The notes under the pieces are model-generated. The model made no database searches. It saw only the letters and a list, made by a program, of their open reading frames with translations, and was not told the DNA's origin. From the human T2T-CHM13v2.0 reference genome, Homo sapiens, in contig CP068257.2 of NCBI GenBank assembly GCA_009914755.4, positions 30,688,001 to 30,752,000 on the forward strand: a stretch of 64,000 nucleotides of DNA. Direction: 5' to 3'. Below, piece after piece: positions 1 through 11,979 of the stretch. Every line of letters starts with the position of its first letter. The stretch's first letter is position 1. The position numbers and the translations under genes are program-made.

Positions 1-399
1 GGCCTGCCAGTTTCCCTTGCCTCACAGACCACCAGTAAAGTGAGAAAAACCCAGGGAGGCCCTGGGACAGTGTCACCACCCACGGCCAAAACCTGATGAC
101 CACCAGGAGGAAAAAGATCTCCCTGAATTCCAAGACAGTTAAAGCCTGTAACATCAGTTCCACACAATTGTAAACATAAAACCAGTATTTTAAATAGCAA
201 CTGGTTCTTAGACACCAGCATGTCTTCCGAAGATCCCTACATAGGAAAGGTTGACTATCCAGCACGGACTTAACAATTTGGTTTTGAACAATACAAAACA
301 AAAGGCCTTGTTCTTTTTATCAGGACATTTTTCCTTCTGAGATTACAATCCTCTTGCTACCAACCTTCTGGTTCCGGTTAGCATAACTTGGCTCCCAAA

Positions 400-511
400 T
401 CAGAAATAATGAGTGTACACAGTGTATTTTCTGTAACATGGTAGAATTGGAGGGAAATTTAGCTCTTCTGAGGAAACCAAAAGCATGACTCCAAGGGATC
501 GGAGGAAAATA
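400..511 (-). CDS. Candidate terminal coding exon. It would read (S)IFLRSLGVMLLVSSEELNFPPILPCYRKYTVYTHYF* with the stop at 400-402, and the 3'UTR would run off the window.
   Basis: Minus-strand acceptor gaatgtttcag|T at 512-513. The only frame compatible with the phase-2 end of exon 975-1172 is open for 36 codons, then TGA. No poly-A signal is visible within 1-399. Confidence 0.3.
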
Positions 512-974
512 CTGAAACATTCCAGAGAATTCATGGACAATGAGTCTTCGCAGGCTAATGAAGGCAGAGGCAAGTTTGGGAACACCCTGTCTTATGTTAG
601 AGTCACAGAAAATATTTTCTTTCTAAGAAACATCACTTGATTCAAGTGTTTGAATCACAGTATCAAGGCAGATGGCTCGCCAGCTAAAAATGACCTCGTA
701 CGATGCACATTAGGTGTTAATGTTAACAAGTATGTTAAGTTCTCGGGGTCTTGACAAGAAGCTTTATAAAATTGAAGGGCAAAGAAAGAGCTAATAAAAT
801 AGATGTTCTGACACTACCTACACCTGACACTGGTGCTCTGCCCCAATCCACAGCAGATCACGGCCCAGCGTCCCCCTGGTACAGAGTCATGACTGAGACA
901 TGGTGTCCACAGGTGGCAGACCAACACAGCATCCAAGAGGCCAGAAGGGCCCCCCTGGCGGGGGCAGGACTCAC

Positions 975-1172
975 CTCAGGTGCTTCATGAGCACGATGAG
1001 AACATAAAGGAACTCATTGACCAGGTGCAGGGCAAGCCGCTTGGCAGGCTCCTGGGAGCTAGGCTGGCAAAGGCGCTGGCTCTCCCACTCCACTGCCTTG
1101 TCCCCCAGGTTGGTCACCCACAGTGTGTGTAGCAAGGAGATCACATTAGACAGCAGCGGAGTCTCCAGAAAC
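975..1172 (-). CDS. Coding exon of the large minus-strand HEAT-like gene: FLETPLLSNVISLLHTLWVTNLGDKAVEWESQRLCQPSSQEPAKRLALHLVNEFLYVLIVLMKHL
   Basis: Acceptor ttggttttag|G (AG 1173-1174) and donor GAG|gtgagt (GT 973-974). Only one frame is open. The exon starts with 1 nt and ends with 2 nt, which fits the upstream exon 2289-2398. Confidence 0.8.
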
Positions 1173-2288
1173 CTAAAACCAAGCACAACAGCCTTCAATC
1201 CGCCACATCCTGACCTTTCAGCAGGATCAGACTATCGCCCTCCATAATCCTATCTGCTCATCCCCCTAGATAAGCATAGTCTCCAAGTAAAAACAGGGTG
1301 CTTGCTATACAAACGCAGCTTCCACACAGGACAAGGTGCACCGTCCTAACAGAAGATTGCCCTAAGTCCCTCCAAAAATTCAGGAGCCGCTGGGGCACAC
1401 TAATAAAAACTGTCCTGTTCATGACAACAACTCAATTTCTAAAACAAGACACTATAAGCCAGGAACATTAGCTAATTGTGCCTTTTATAAACCTGAAACA
1501 GTCTTGAAGTTGATGTCCAAATACACATTCTAATTTTGGATATTAATTTCTTCCCCCCACCCACTTTTTTTGTTGTTTGCAGATGTACTTGGATATATTA
1601 GTTTCTTTTAGAGAAATTTCAGGAAATGCTTTTAAAAAAATGCACAAAAGGGCCTGCATTCTCCCAGGCTTATTATAGTAGTTAGTTCTTTGTAAGACAG
1701 AGCCCTCCCGCCAAGTGCTGTCTGCTGTGACAGGGTCTTCATCTTTTCAGACAGTCTCAAACAGCAGGAGAATCAGGAATCACAATAAATCATCAAGTTC
1801 AGACCCCTGGTGCTGCTCCTCTAATGCGGGCTCATCACTGAGGACAGAGACCCTGCACTGACAGCAGAGCCCTGTCACCCGTCAGACCGGCCTTCCTGCA
1901 AGAGGGCTGCAGCTGCTAAAGCCTTAGAGAACAGGACATTCACTTCAGAGCACAGAAGGCTGCTGGGACACCGGGGAGGAGTCTGACCTGTGCAGAACAG
2001 AGCCAGACAGGCTGGCGGAGACTCTGCCAGATGTGAACAGCAGCTGGTGTCTGCTGTCCCATGGCAGACAAGAGACACTCAAGGAAAGGCTGTGAATGGA
2101 GGAAAGGCACTTTGGCACTGCCAGGAACGGGACTGCCAGGCATATGGTAGCATTGGAGGACACTGCATTTCAGAGAGCATGGATTTTACTGGACATTTCC
2201 AACCAACAACAGAGCTGGCAGCAGACGTCATCGTTTCTGTTCCTTTCCTTCCCACCTGACGCGCACCTCGCATGCAAAAGGTACTTAC

Positions 2289-2398
2289 TTGCTTTCAAGG
2301 ATGTGTAAAATCCATGTTAAAAGGCTATAGTCTCGTATGATTTCATACGCAGATCTGGCAACCTGGGCAGCATTCTGTAGAATTTCCAGAATCCAATT
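2289..2398 (-). CDS. Coding exon: NWILEILQNAAQVARSAYEIIRDYSLLTWILHILES(K)
   Basis: Acceptor tgtttggggttttcag|AATTGG (AG 2399-2400) and donor GCAA|gtaagt (GT 2287-2288). 110 nt, phase 0 start and phase 2 end, linking exon 3559-3702 to exon 975-1172. This exon is absent from the ORF track because stop codons flank it. Confidence 0.75.
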
Positions 2399-3558
2399 CT
2401 GAAAACCCCAAACAAGAAGTTACTCTTCAGTGAGAAAACCCACTTTACTTGATTAAAGAAACCGTTTTAAAAATTAATGGTATGGTGCCATTACAGGTGG
2501 TGGCTGCAAATGAAGCCTGCTTTGCTAAGTCCGTCAGAGCGGTGGCCATGTACGAACGTGCCCTTCCCTACAAGAGACAGCCAGAGGACACAGACTTCCA
2601 CAGCAATCTCTGGGCCCGGGGATCCCCACTTCCGTTAATCCATCATCTGGAACCCACCCACAAGCAAAGATGCACCACAGAAGCCAAATGGCCCAGATGC
2701 GCAGCCACCGGCACAGGGAGTGCGTGAGGGCCCGCCTCCAGGCCAGCTGCTGGCCGCCAGCCACGAGCCATGCGGCCCTGTGTTTACCACCTGGAAGGGA
2801 GGACATAAAAATGGGATGGTCCCCTGACTTGTTCATGGGGTGCTTCAGAATTCTCACATGCCATAGAAAACAAAAAGTTACTATACTCAAATTCAGTTTA
2901 TTCAAATGGGCTTCTTAATCTTGACTTACTCCTATTTACCCACATTTTACATATGAGAAACAAAAGCTGACTACGCTAGAAATTAATCAAAATACTAAAA
3001 GCTTTTCCTATTTCCTTCTACCACCTACCTGTAATATTTAGAAGGTACACACACCAGCTCTTGGTTCCTGACTGGCTAGGTGAGGCTGTCTGTTTCAACC
3101 TGACCCTTGCTTTCTAAATGAGTTCTGATGACCCCCAACTTCTGTAGTAGGTGGAATCCTGGTGATTCAAAAGTGCCTCAGAGTACCTCAGTCACTGACA
3201 GGGGGTTTCTAGACTTGTGACCACTCTGAAGGCTCATGATTACTGATCAGTACCCCCCACTGATGGCCTTCGTATATGCCAAGGGCCGTATACACAGTAG
3301 GAGGGTTGCAGTGAAGAGTATTTAGAGGACAAATGACACTGGGGGTCACAACACTGCAGCCTCAAGTGAATCCACCTGCTCTGCATGCAGGGAACAGGAC
3401 AGGCGCTCTCAACATCTCACTTCCCCTAACTGAGAGCCAGGGTTAGGTCGGTCGTGTCCAGGCTGGGAACTGAATTCATACGGACTTGACTTCCAGATAA
3501 AATCTTAAGAAGGGGCACAGACCTCTCGCTCTCAAATAAGCTTGCGGAACCCATGTAC

Positions 3559-3702
3559 CTGTGCTGCCTCGTCACACAGCGGGCTGTGGAAGAAGGACAG
3601 GATGATGTGGAAGATGCCACGCCGGGCACACAGTTCGTAGCACTGCTTGTCACGGATCCCCTGCCGCAGAAGGCCAAACACCCACTTCTGCTCTGTTTTT
3701 TG
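3559..3702 (-). CDS. Coding exon: QKTEQKWVFGLLRQGIRDKQCYELCARRGIFHIILSFFHSPLCDEAAQ
   Basis: Acceptor ttaaag|CAAAAAAC (AG 3703-3704) and donor CACAG|gtacat (GT 3557-3558). 144 nt, phase 0 to phase 0. It lies within minus ORF 3532-3717. Confidence 0.75.
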
Positions 3703-4235
3703 CTTTAACCCAGGCACACAAAAAACTGTTGTTAATAAGTGAAAGTCCTTTCATCTGACAACTGTTCAAACACCACTATTTTAAGTGGTGGCAAAAGTTG
3801 TAACACAGCAGCCCTGACCTCCATGTCTGATTATGAAAAATCCCTGATCTCATCTTTGATTCCATTTCTTCAGGTCAGAAATAGAGGATCGAGTCAAGTT
3901 TAAATACTGAAGTCAGATAAGTATTCTATAAAAGAATATTTAATATGAATATCTAAAAACAGAATTTAATATTTAACCCAGTGATTCACCAAGAAAATAT
4001 GAGAATGTCGTAAAACTCAGGACTCTGAAGCAGTGTTTTTAAGGTTTGAGGCGCCATGTAGAAGTGAGCCAACAGCACGGAGACATTCCGAAGTGCAGGC
4101 CTGCGTGGCCACCGACTGCACAATCGTGTTGGCCGTGCAGCATACAGGATCCATGGGGAAATGTCAGAATGACAACGGTGGCTGCATCATCAATTCAGGG
4201 GCCTGCAGAAAGCCGTGAGGACTCTGGAAGCATAC

Positions 4236-4342
4236 CTCAAAGTCGGAGCTGTAGAAGAACTGGTAGAAGCCTGGCACTTTGTCCATGTTCAAGTACTCAT
4301 GCGACAGCAGGAAGTTGCTGACCTTCAGGTACATGTGCTCCT
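4236..4342 (-). CDS. Coding exon: (E)EHMYLKVSNFLLSHEYLNMDKVPGFYQFFYSSDFE
   Basis: Acceptor ctgcctgtgttctcag|AG (AG 4343-4344) and donor TTTGAG|gtatgc (GT 4234-4235). 107 nt, single open frame, starts with 2 nt and ends in phase 0. Confidence 0.8.
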
Positions 4343-5423
4343 CTGAGAACACAGGCAGTCAGTCAGTCATGGCAGGCCCCAGCAGGACGCCCCCTGGTCT
4401 GGCAGCACTAAGAGGCAGGCATTCTGGGTATCAGACATAAATCCCCTCCCAGGAACTTTTGTGTCCTGACCCAGAGGACTGGCTCTTGAGAATGAGAACA
4501 GAATTCAACACGTCAGCTCCATACCACACATGGGCTTGCTCTCCTAGCTCTGAAACCACTGCTGGATGTTGAGTCCTTCAGGGACCTCGCACCCTCCGCC
4601 TCCCCAGCTACCATCCTACAGCACAGGCTTCAAACCAGCCGGTGGGAAGGGTGGGACTTGGTCACACATCCCACAGATCAGGGCTGACACCACACCCACC
4701 CGCTGCACCTGCCTCTAGCTTCTCACTGAAAGGAACCGTCACAGCGGGGGAGGCTCAGACACTACTGAGTGCCTCTGGAATGCAGCAACGCAGAGGGCAA
4801 CGGACACCCTAGCTCCTGCTACCTCCTATCCTTGGATCACCAATGAGTCTACCCCATGACCATGCTGCCCTGCACACGCTCCACCCCGACATGAGCACCG
4901 GTGTGGGACACAGCCACACCCAGGACCAAAACCATCATGGTCTCTGCCAATTATTTTCTTCCCCTTCCAAATCTCCAAGGCAAGTAAATCCATGGAATAA
5001 AATGAAATGGGAGCAGATGAAAATGAGATCTGAATTCTAATAGCAACTTGACTGTGAACTAACTGTGGGGCCTTGACAAGCTATCTACCCTTGGGAGCCT
5101 CAGTTAGTGAGTATGGGGGATACAGGTGGAAACAGCACCCTGTGGTCCCTGATGGTACCAACTTTCTATGATTTTTCTCTCAATAACCAAAAAAAGTCTT
5201 AGAATGAGCTAACTTCTAGTCACACTATCTTAGCAGTGGTACCCCCATTCCTGTAACAAAAAGGAGCCTTGTTCTAACAGCGTGGATTACACATGTGCAG
5301 TACTCACATACCAAAAGCTTTGTAGCTAAGGACCCGTGAGCCTAAGCATGAATCAATGATGAATAATGGCGGTGATGGTGACGGCAGCTATCACTGATGA
5401 GTTTTTACTGTGCCAGGCACTTA

Positions 5424-5736
<313 letters not shown>

Positions 5737-6596
5737 TGTGTGATCCTCATCACCCTCACAGCAATGCTAGAGGCAGTGAGTCCGATCATCACCCCATCTT
5801 AGAGGAGGAAACGGGCATGGGGAAGTCCAGGACCGTCTGGCTGTGTCCACGCTTTCAGCCCCTGGGTTCCAATCCCTATGATGTGATTGGCCCACATTTT
5901 AACTTCAGTTTTATTTGCTCTCACCACAGCTTCCTATAACTACAAGCGAATATGAATATATACTCTTTCCCTCCATTATAAATACTGTTCTGCACTTTGC
6001 TTTGCCATCTACTTTTTTCTGGATTTCACCCCCCAGGGGTCCATGACGAGCTTCCTCATAGCCATCACCTATTTACTGTCCAGAGCTGATGGGGACTTCG
6101 GTGGCTCCTCATCTTCCACAATCATGAGCACGGAGTGGCCTTGAACACAGATGTGTGACCCACTATACCTGTGGGACTAATCCCTAGAAGTAGACTTGCT
6201 CAGCTTCAGCTTTTCAATTTCCCCTCAACCTAATTATGTCAGTGGTACCTGGTTTCAAAATCTGCAGGGCTGCTTTGGCAATGAAGAGAGCCAAGGTAAA
6301 AGTAAGTCTCATGTCCTGAGTTCGAATCCCATTCCGGACTACATCCAACAGGTAAAGTAGCTTGAAAACAGAACAGAAAAGGAAAATGTAAGATGAGCGT
6401 GTTCAGAGCTATGGTCAGTCCTCTCTGGTGCAGCCGAACCAGGGCTCAGCAGGGTGTGCCTGCTTCTCATATCCCAGGGGCCACTGAAGACGAAGCTCAC
6501 AGGAGCAGACACACTACTTGCCAGCATCTCTGGAACGCTTTTCGTTTTTATTTTAGGAGTCAGTCAGGTGCACAACAGCAGAGAGAAGTCTGGCAC

Positions 6597-6692
6597 CATG
6601 CCCTGAAAATCTAATCTGCTCTTGTTCCTCCAGCACCATGGGGTACAGGTTTCTAAGGTTCAGTGTGTCGTGGATAATAGCCACCTTAACCA
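6597..6692 (-). CDS. Coding exon: (V)VKVAIIHDTLNLRNLYPMVLEEQEQIRFSGH
   Basis: Acceptor tttctttggtctaaactcag|TG (AG 6693-6694) and donor CATG|gtgcca (GT 6595-6596). 96 nt, starts with 2 nt and ends with 1 nt. Phases fit both neighbours (6775-6829 and 4236-4342). Confidence 0.65.
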
Positions 6693-6774
6693 CTGAGTTT
6701 AGACCAAAGAAATACTCAGTAGAAGTCATATAATTTTGTCTACACACAACACAAGAAAGCCTGTAAGGAGAAAC

Positions 6775-6829
6775 CTTTCTCAACCTCCACGGGGGGTTGT
6801 GGATCAAAGGCGACCTCCGGGATCACCTC
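6775..6829 (-). CDS. Short coding exon: EVIPEVAFDPQPPVEVEK
   Basis: Acceptor gtctgttcccttag|GAGGTG (AG 6830-6831) and donor GAGAAAG|gtttct (GT 6773-6774). 55 nt, phase 0 start and phase 1 end, which is exactly what exons 6987-7147 and 6597-6692 need. The donor is moderate. Confidence 0.6.
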
Positions 6830-6986
6830 CTAAGGGAACAGACTTTTGCTCTTCAGCAGAGATCTCCCGGCAACATGCCACCTCCGTGTTCCCTAGTAAA
6901 TCCTTCTACCAAACCGGGTGGACAGCCAGCTCTCTGAAGTCCGCCAGGCCCACCCCCACAGTAGGATGTACGCTCTTCCTACTTAC

Positions 6987-7147
6987 CTGGGACTGCTCTT
7001 GGAACCGTGCGCCCTCCAAGTGCGAGTAGTAGGCCGCCAGGACATGGTAGGCTATGGCTCGCATCTGGGGGTCATAGCTGCTGAGGGCTGTGACAGTTAG
7101 GCCCAGAGCATTTGAATCCAAAAATTTTCGACAATCCACCACAAACT
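6987..7147 (-). CDS. Coding exon: (E)FVVDCRKFLDSNALGLTVTALSSYDPQMRAIAYHVLAAYYSHLEGARFQEQSQ
   Basis: Acceptor tatttcatttcctgcag|AG (AG 7148-7149) and donor CCCAG|gtaagtagg (GT 6985-6986). 161 nt, single open frame. Confidence 0.85.
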
Positions 7148-8261
7148 CTGCAGGAAATGAAATACAGCATGAAACACACACAATATGATTTTATTATTCT
7201 TGTTAACCTGGAGAATTAAATTTCCTCTTGTGTCTTACCAATAGCTACATGTGCCAAGCACAAGGAATGCAAGTCTCTCTCCAACTCCTCCTAACTTCTG
7301 CTGAAGTTAGACAAAAAAACCTCTTCCTTTATGTGGCAATAATGACCATACCTTCAGTTTCTAAAATGCTCATACATCCCAACCAGGATAATTTCATTAT
7401 TTCTCATAAACACCCAATGAGTCAGGATATTGGAGGTGACACTGAGACCCACTGCGGAGACCCCAGCATGCCAGAGGCCTGGGGAACACAACTGGGAATC
7501 AGCAGAGAAAATCAGTCCCCAGCTTCCACCTTGCTCAGCCCTCCACCGCGGGCGCCTGTCTATAAGCATCACCGAGGAAAGCACACACAGCAGTGAAAGC
7601 AGGAAAAGGCAGCTGATGCCAACCAGCCCGACAAAGGACTCACTCACACCCACTCTGCAACCCTAGCTCTTCCTTCAAATAAACAACACAAGTCTCACAG
7701 AAAAGTGGCTCATCAAGCTTAAGCAAAAGCTACGGTCCAGAGAGCCTGTTGGCTGGTATCCATTTGCCATTTGTGAGGCCGAGAGAAGCTGACAATCACT
7801 AGAGGAGAGGAGAAGACTCACAGAGAGAGGGAGAAGGTCAGACACATGAGGGGATGCGCCTTACCACAACCTAGAGGGCTCTTCACTAACGAAACTGAGG
7901 ACACCTTCCCACTCCTTAATAAAAACCCAGGCTATTCTACAAGATAAATACTGTCAAGAAGAACCTTAGAATAGGAATTAATTATTAATGATTAAACTGA
8001 TCATGATAATTATCCACAATGATGTTCTCGAGATAGAGTGACCAGTGGCCTAATTGGGAACCAAACACAAGCCAACTGAAATGACTACTCCAAATGAGTA
8101 ATCATGGAATATAACATCAATAAGAGATAGTCCATTGATGACATTTTTAAAAGTTAAAGAAAGATAAAGCATTTTAAGCAGGGACACAGAAGATACAAAA
8201 ACCCAAAACCAAGCTTCTAGAGATGAAAACTAAAATATCTGAGCTGAAAAATGCATTGGAT

Positions 8262-8640
8262 GGTGAAATGGTTTGGATTTGTGGCCCTACCCAAATCTCA
8301 TGTTGAATTACAAACCCCCATGTTGGAGGTGGGGACTCCGGTGGGAGGTGATTGGATCTCGGGGCAGATTTCCCCTTCCTGTTCTCATGCTAGTGAGTTC
8401 TCACAAGAGCTGGTTGTTTAGAAGCGTGTGGCACTGCCCCACTTCCTCCTGCTCTGGCATGTAAGATGTGCCTGCTTTCCCTTTGCCTTCTACCATAATT
8501 GAAAGTTTCCTGAGGCCTCCCCAGCCATGCTTCCTACACAGACTATGAAACCATGAGTCAATTAAACCTCTTTTCTTGATCAATTATCCAGTCTCGGGTT
8601 CTTTATACCAGTGCAAGAATGGACCAATAGAGATGGGATT
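8262..8640 (+). mobile_element. MaLR (THE1/MST-family) solo LTR nested inside L1 ORF1
   Basis: atggtttggatttgtggccctacccaaatctcatgttgaa ... ccatgagtcaattaaacctcttttcttgatcaattatccagtctcgggttctttata matches the ERVL-MaLR LTR consensus layout. Confidence 0.75.
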
Positions 8641-9134
8641 ATCAGTGATTAGACACTAGACCAAAAAGGATTAGCGAACTTAAGACAGCAATAGAAACTA
8701 TCCAAGCTGAAAACACAGAGAGGAAAAATATGAACAGAACATCAGTGTCCTGTGGGTATGTGTAATAGGGGGTCCCTGAAAAAAATCCGAAGAAATAATG
8801 GCCAAAACTTTTTGAAATCTGACCAAAAAAAACTATAAACCTAGACAGCCAAGAAACTCAAAACATAAAACATTAAGAATATCATGCAAGCATCATCACA
8901 AATAAAGCATATATATTTATATATAAAAGAAAATCACACGAAAGCACATTGTGATCAAATTGTTTGACACCAGTGATTTAAAAAAAATCTTAAGAGCAGC
9001 CACATGACATACAGAAGAATGAAGATAAGAATGGCAGATTTCTTGTCAGAAATAACTCAATTCAGAAACCAGAGGAGCAACTTCTTTAAAGTACTGTAAG
9101 AAAAAAAACTGTCAACCTTGAATTTTATACCCCA

Positions 9135-9266
9135 TCAAAATCTTTCAAAAGTTAAGACTTTTTTCAGACACAAAAAAGCTAAAACAATTGGTCACCAGTA
9201 TCAAAATCTTTCAAAAGTTAAGACTTTTTTCAGACACAAAAAAGCTAAAACAATTGGTCACCAGTA
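9135..9266. repeat. Perfect tandem duplication, 2 x 66 bp, inside the L1 ORF1 remnant
   Basis: tcaaaatctttcaaaagttaagacttttttcagacacaaaaaagctaaaacaattggtcaccagta occurs at 9135-9200 and again, identical, at 9201-9266. Confidence 0.9.
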
Positions 9267-9907
9267 GACTTGAACAATAAGAATTCTTAAAGGAAGTATT
9301 TTAGGAAGAAGAAAAATGATACCAGATAGAAATCTAGATCTACACAAAGGAATGGTAACAATATGGCAAATATCAAATATTTACACTTCTTTTAGAAATA
9401 ATGACAATTTGAAGCAAAAACAACACTATATTGTAGGGTTTATAGCATACTGAAATGTAATGCATGACAAGAATAGCAGAAAAGCCAGAAGGGAGGAAAT
9501 GGATCTATACTGTTACAAGGTCCTTATACTATACATGAAGTGGTATCATCTCACTTGAAGATAAACTATAATAGATTGAAGATGTGTACTATAAACCCTA
9601 AAGCAACCAGTAAAAATATGCATGCATGCACTCATACACATACAAAAGTTGCAGGTAAAAGTCAACAAGAGATAAAATAGAGTCAGATCAATAATCACAT
9701 TAAATATAAATGATGTATGCACTCCAAAATAAAAGGCAGAGATGGTCAGATTAGATAAAAAGCAGAACCTAGGTACATGCTGCCTTCAAGAAACCCATTT
9801 TCAATATCAAGACATAGACTAAAAGTGAAAGGATGAAAAGAGCATAGTCAGATGACTCTTGGGCATAGCAGTTTAGGAACAAAATTTTCTAATTCTCTTA
9901 TCTCTAC

Positions 9908-10195
9908 TTTTTTAAAGCCAGAGTCTCCTTTGTCGCCCAGGCTGGAGTGCAGTGGCACAATCTTGGCTCACTGTAACCTCCACCTTACGGGTGCAAGCGA
10001 TTCTTGTGCCTCAGCCTCCTGAGTAGCTAGGACTACAGGCATGTGCCACCATGCCCAGCTAATTTTCTTATTTTTAGTAGAGACGGGGTTTCACCATGTT
10101 GGCCAGGCTGGTTTCAAACTCCTGGCCTCAAGTGATCAGCTCGCCTTGGCCTCCCAAAGTGCTGGGATTACAGGAATGAGTCACCGTGCCCAGCC
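9908..10195 (-). mobile_element. Alu SINE nested in L1, with a target-site duplication
   Basis: Poly-T start ... ggcctcccaaagtgctgggattacaggaatgagtcaccgtgcccagcc. Flanking direct repeats ctaattctcttatctctac and ctaattttcttatttctcac. Confidence 0.85.
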
Positions 10196-10732
10196 TAATT
10201 TTCTTATTTCTCACAAGTGACTGTTTTTGATAAGAGGGAAAAAGAAATCCAAAAGCTTTAAAAGCACCAAACTAGATACAATTATATTGTTTTACAAAAG
10301 ATGGAAGAAATGTGTTTAAGAGACACCTACATAAGTACATAACAAATATAGGTAAATGGAATACATTTGGGAAAGAGAAAAGTCTAAACATTTAGTTTAT
10401 ACTCACTAAAAGCAGCTAATACTCAGCTGGCTGGGATATTTTTAGTAATCACTGACATTCTAAGACAAATGGATTTTCCACGTGTCCATGAGGAAAAGTC
10501 AGTTTCCTGTTTTGTGCTCATCTCTGCTACTCTATGAAAATCTTGGCTTTGTAACACTTATGGAAAAGAGCCGCCCTCAGAATGCTGAAAACATGATAGG
10601 CTATTTAAAAATAGTTATAAATGCCATTCTCTTTGTTTCAAGAACCTCATGAATAGCAACGTGGCCTTAACAGACCTTCAGATCAAAATGGCTTAACCAG
10701 GACAGTTATCAAGGATTAAAATTAAAACTGCC

Positions 10733-11034
10733 CCAGAACTGGGTGTAATGGCTCACCCAGCCTCCCAAGGTGCTGTAATCCCCCAGCAACTTGGGAGGCT
10801 GAGGTGGGAGGATTACTTGGGGCCAGGAGTTCCCCTGGCAACATAGAGAGATACAGTCTCTACCAAAAAAAAAAAATTAGCTAGGCATGGTGGTGCACAT
10901 TTGCAGTCCTAGCTACTCAGGAGGCTGAGGCAGGAGGACGGCTTGAACAGGAGTTTGGGTATACAGTGAGCCATGATCATGCCACTGCACTCCAACCTAG
11001 GTGACAGAGTGAGACCCTGACTCTTAAAAAAAAA
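10733..11034 (+). mobile_element. Alu SINE, older and diverged
   Basis: gggtgtaatggctcaccc ... gcctaggtgacagagtgagaccctgactcttaaaaaaaaa. Confidence 0.8.
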
Positions 11035-11958
11035 TGTGCCCCAGTATTAGTGGGCTTCAGTAGCAGTGTAACTGCTGTTGGAGCATCAGAAATCTTCCTT
11101 ACACCTCTTTTTACATAATATCCCCCAGAGGCACCCCAATAGGCTAGACTCATCACAGTGAGAAGAGTCAGAGGAGCCTGCGTGCTCTGGTCATCTAGTG
11201 ATGAGGCTCAGAGAATTGCAAATGGGGCTTCCTGTTCTGGCTGCCTTGTGGCATGTGTGAATTATGAGCTGTAGATTTCAGCCCAGTTCTGTTGAGGACA
11301 AGAGTTTGCTGTGGAAAAAGCATTTGTCACTGCCATTGCTAACAGCCTTGGCTGGCCCTGTTTCTTGGCCAAGGACTCAAAGAAGGGAAGGAATAAGGTT
11401 AAGAAAATAGGTTCCCATTTCCAGCAAAGGGCTGAAAACGGAGCAGTGGGACTGTAATTACTCTCAAGACTGGCAGCCACATATAAAAATTAATTGGATG
11501 CTCAATTTAGGATTGCAGTTAGTTTAGCAATATCTGGACCCAGATGCCACCGCAGGAAGTAAAAACATACAGTTGAGAACTTCTGCTACACTCTGCATAG
11601 CTGAATCTCACAAATGTAACATGGGATAGATGCAGCTTGGCAGCAAAGATTACATCATGTGTATCGCCATTTACATGAAGTTCAAATACAGGATGCTGGC
11701 CCCTTCTAGGGAGGAAGGGGCTTGAGGAGCTGCTTACTGTTCTATGCCCTGATCTCACTGGTGGTGTCACCACTACTGACTTTTCTATGTGTCACACTTC
11801 AACTATTTTAGTGCCAGGAATTTGCCTCTTCCAATGAATGAGTGTGCTTCCTTTCAGCAGTCAATGAAATCTGTTTAAAAACCAGGCCTCCATCTTTCGT
11901 TTGGGATGACAAGATGCTCAGAGCAACATCTAAGAAATGTACTTTTTGGGGAGTGTTT

Positions 11959-11979
11959 TTTTTTTTTTTTTTTTTTTTG
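11959..11979. repeat. (T)21 homopolymer
   Basis: Direct read. Confidence 0.95.

Larger units (their letters stand above)
7950..10330 (+). mobile_element. Old L1 (L1M/L1P-like) fragment covering the ORF1 to ORF2 5' region, with two nested insertions: a MaLR LTR at 8262-8640 and an Alu at 9908-10195
   Basis: ORF1-like sequence (ctagagatgaaaactaaaatatctgagctgaaaaatgcattggatgg ... aaactgtcaaccttgaattttatacccc) and ORF2 start (ctgccttcaagaaacccattt ... aaaagtgaaaggatgaaaagag). The L1 sequence resumes on the far side of each nested element. The outer boundaries are approximate. Confidence 0.6.

Noticed and set aside
2534-2905. Minus ORF of 123 aa
   Set aside because: No flanking acceptor or donor, the composition (Trp/Cys/Arg-rich) is unlike the rest of the protein, and exons 3559-3702, 2289-2398 and 975-1172 already join in frame without it.
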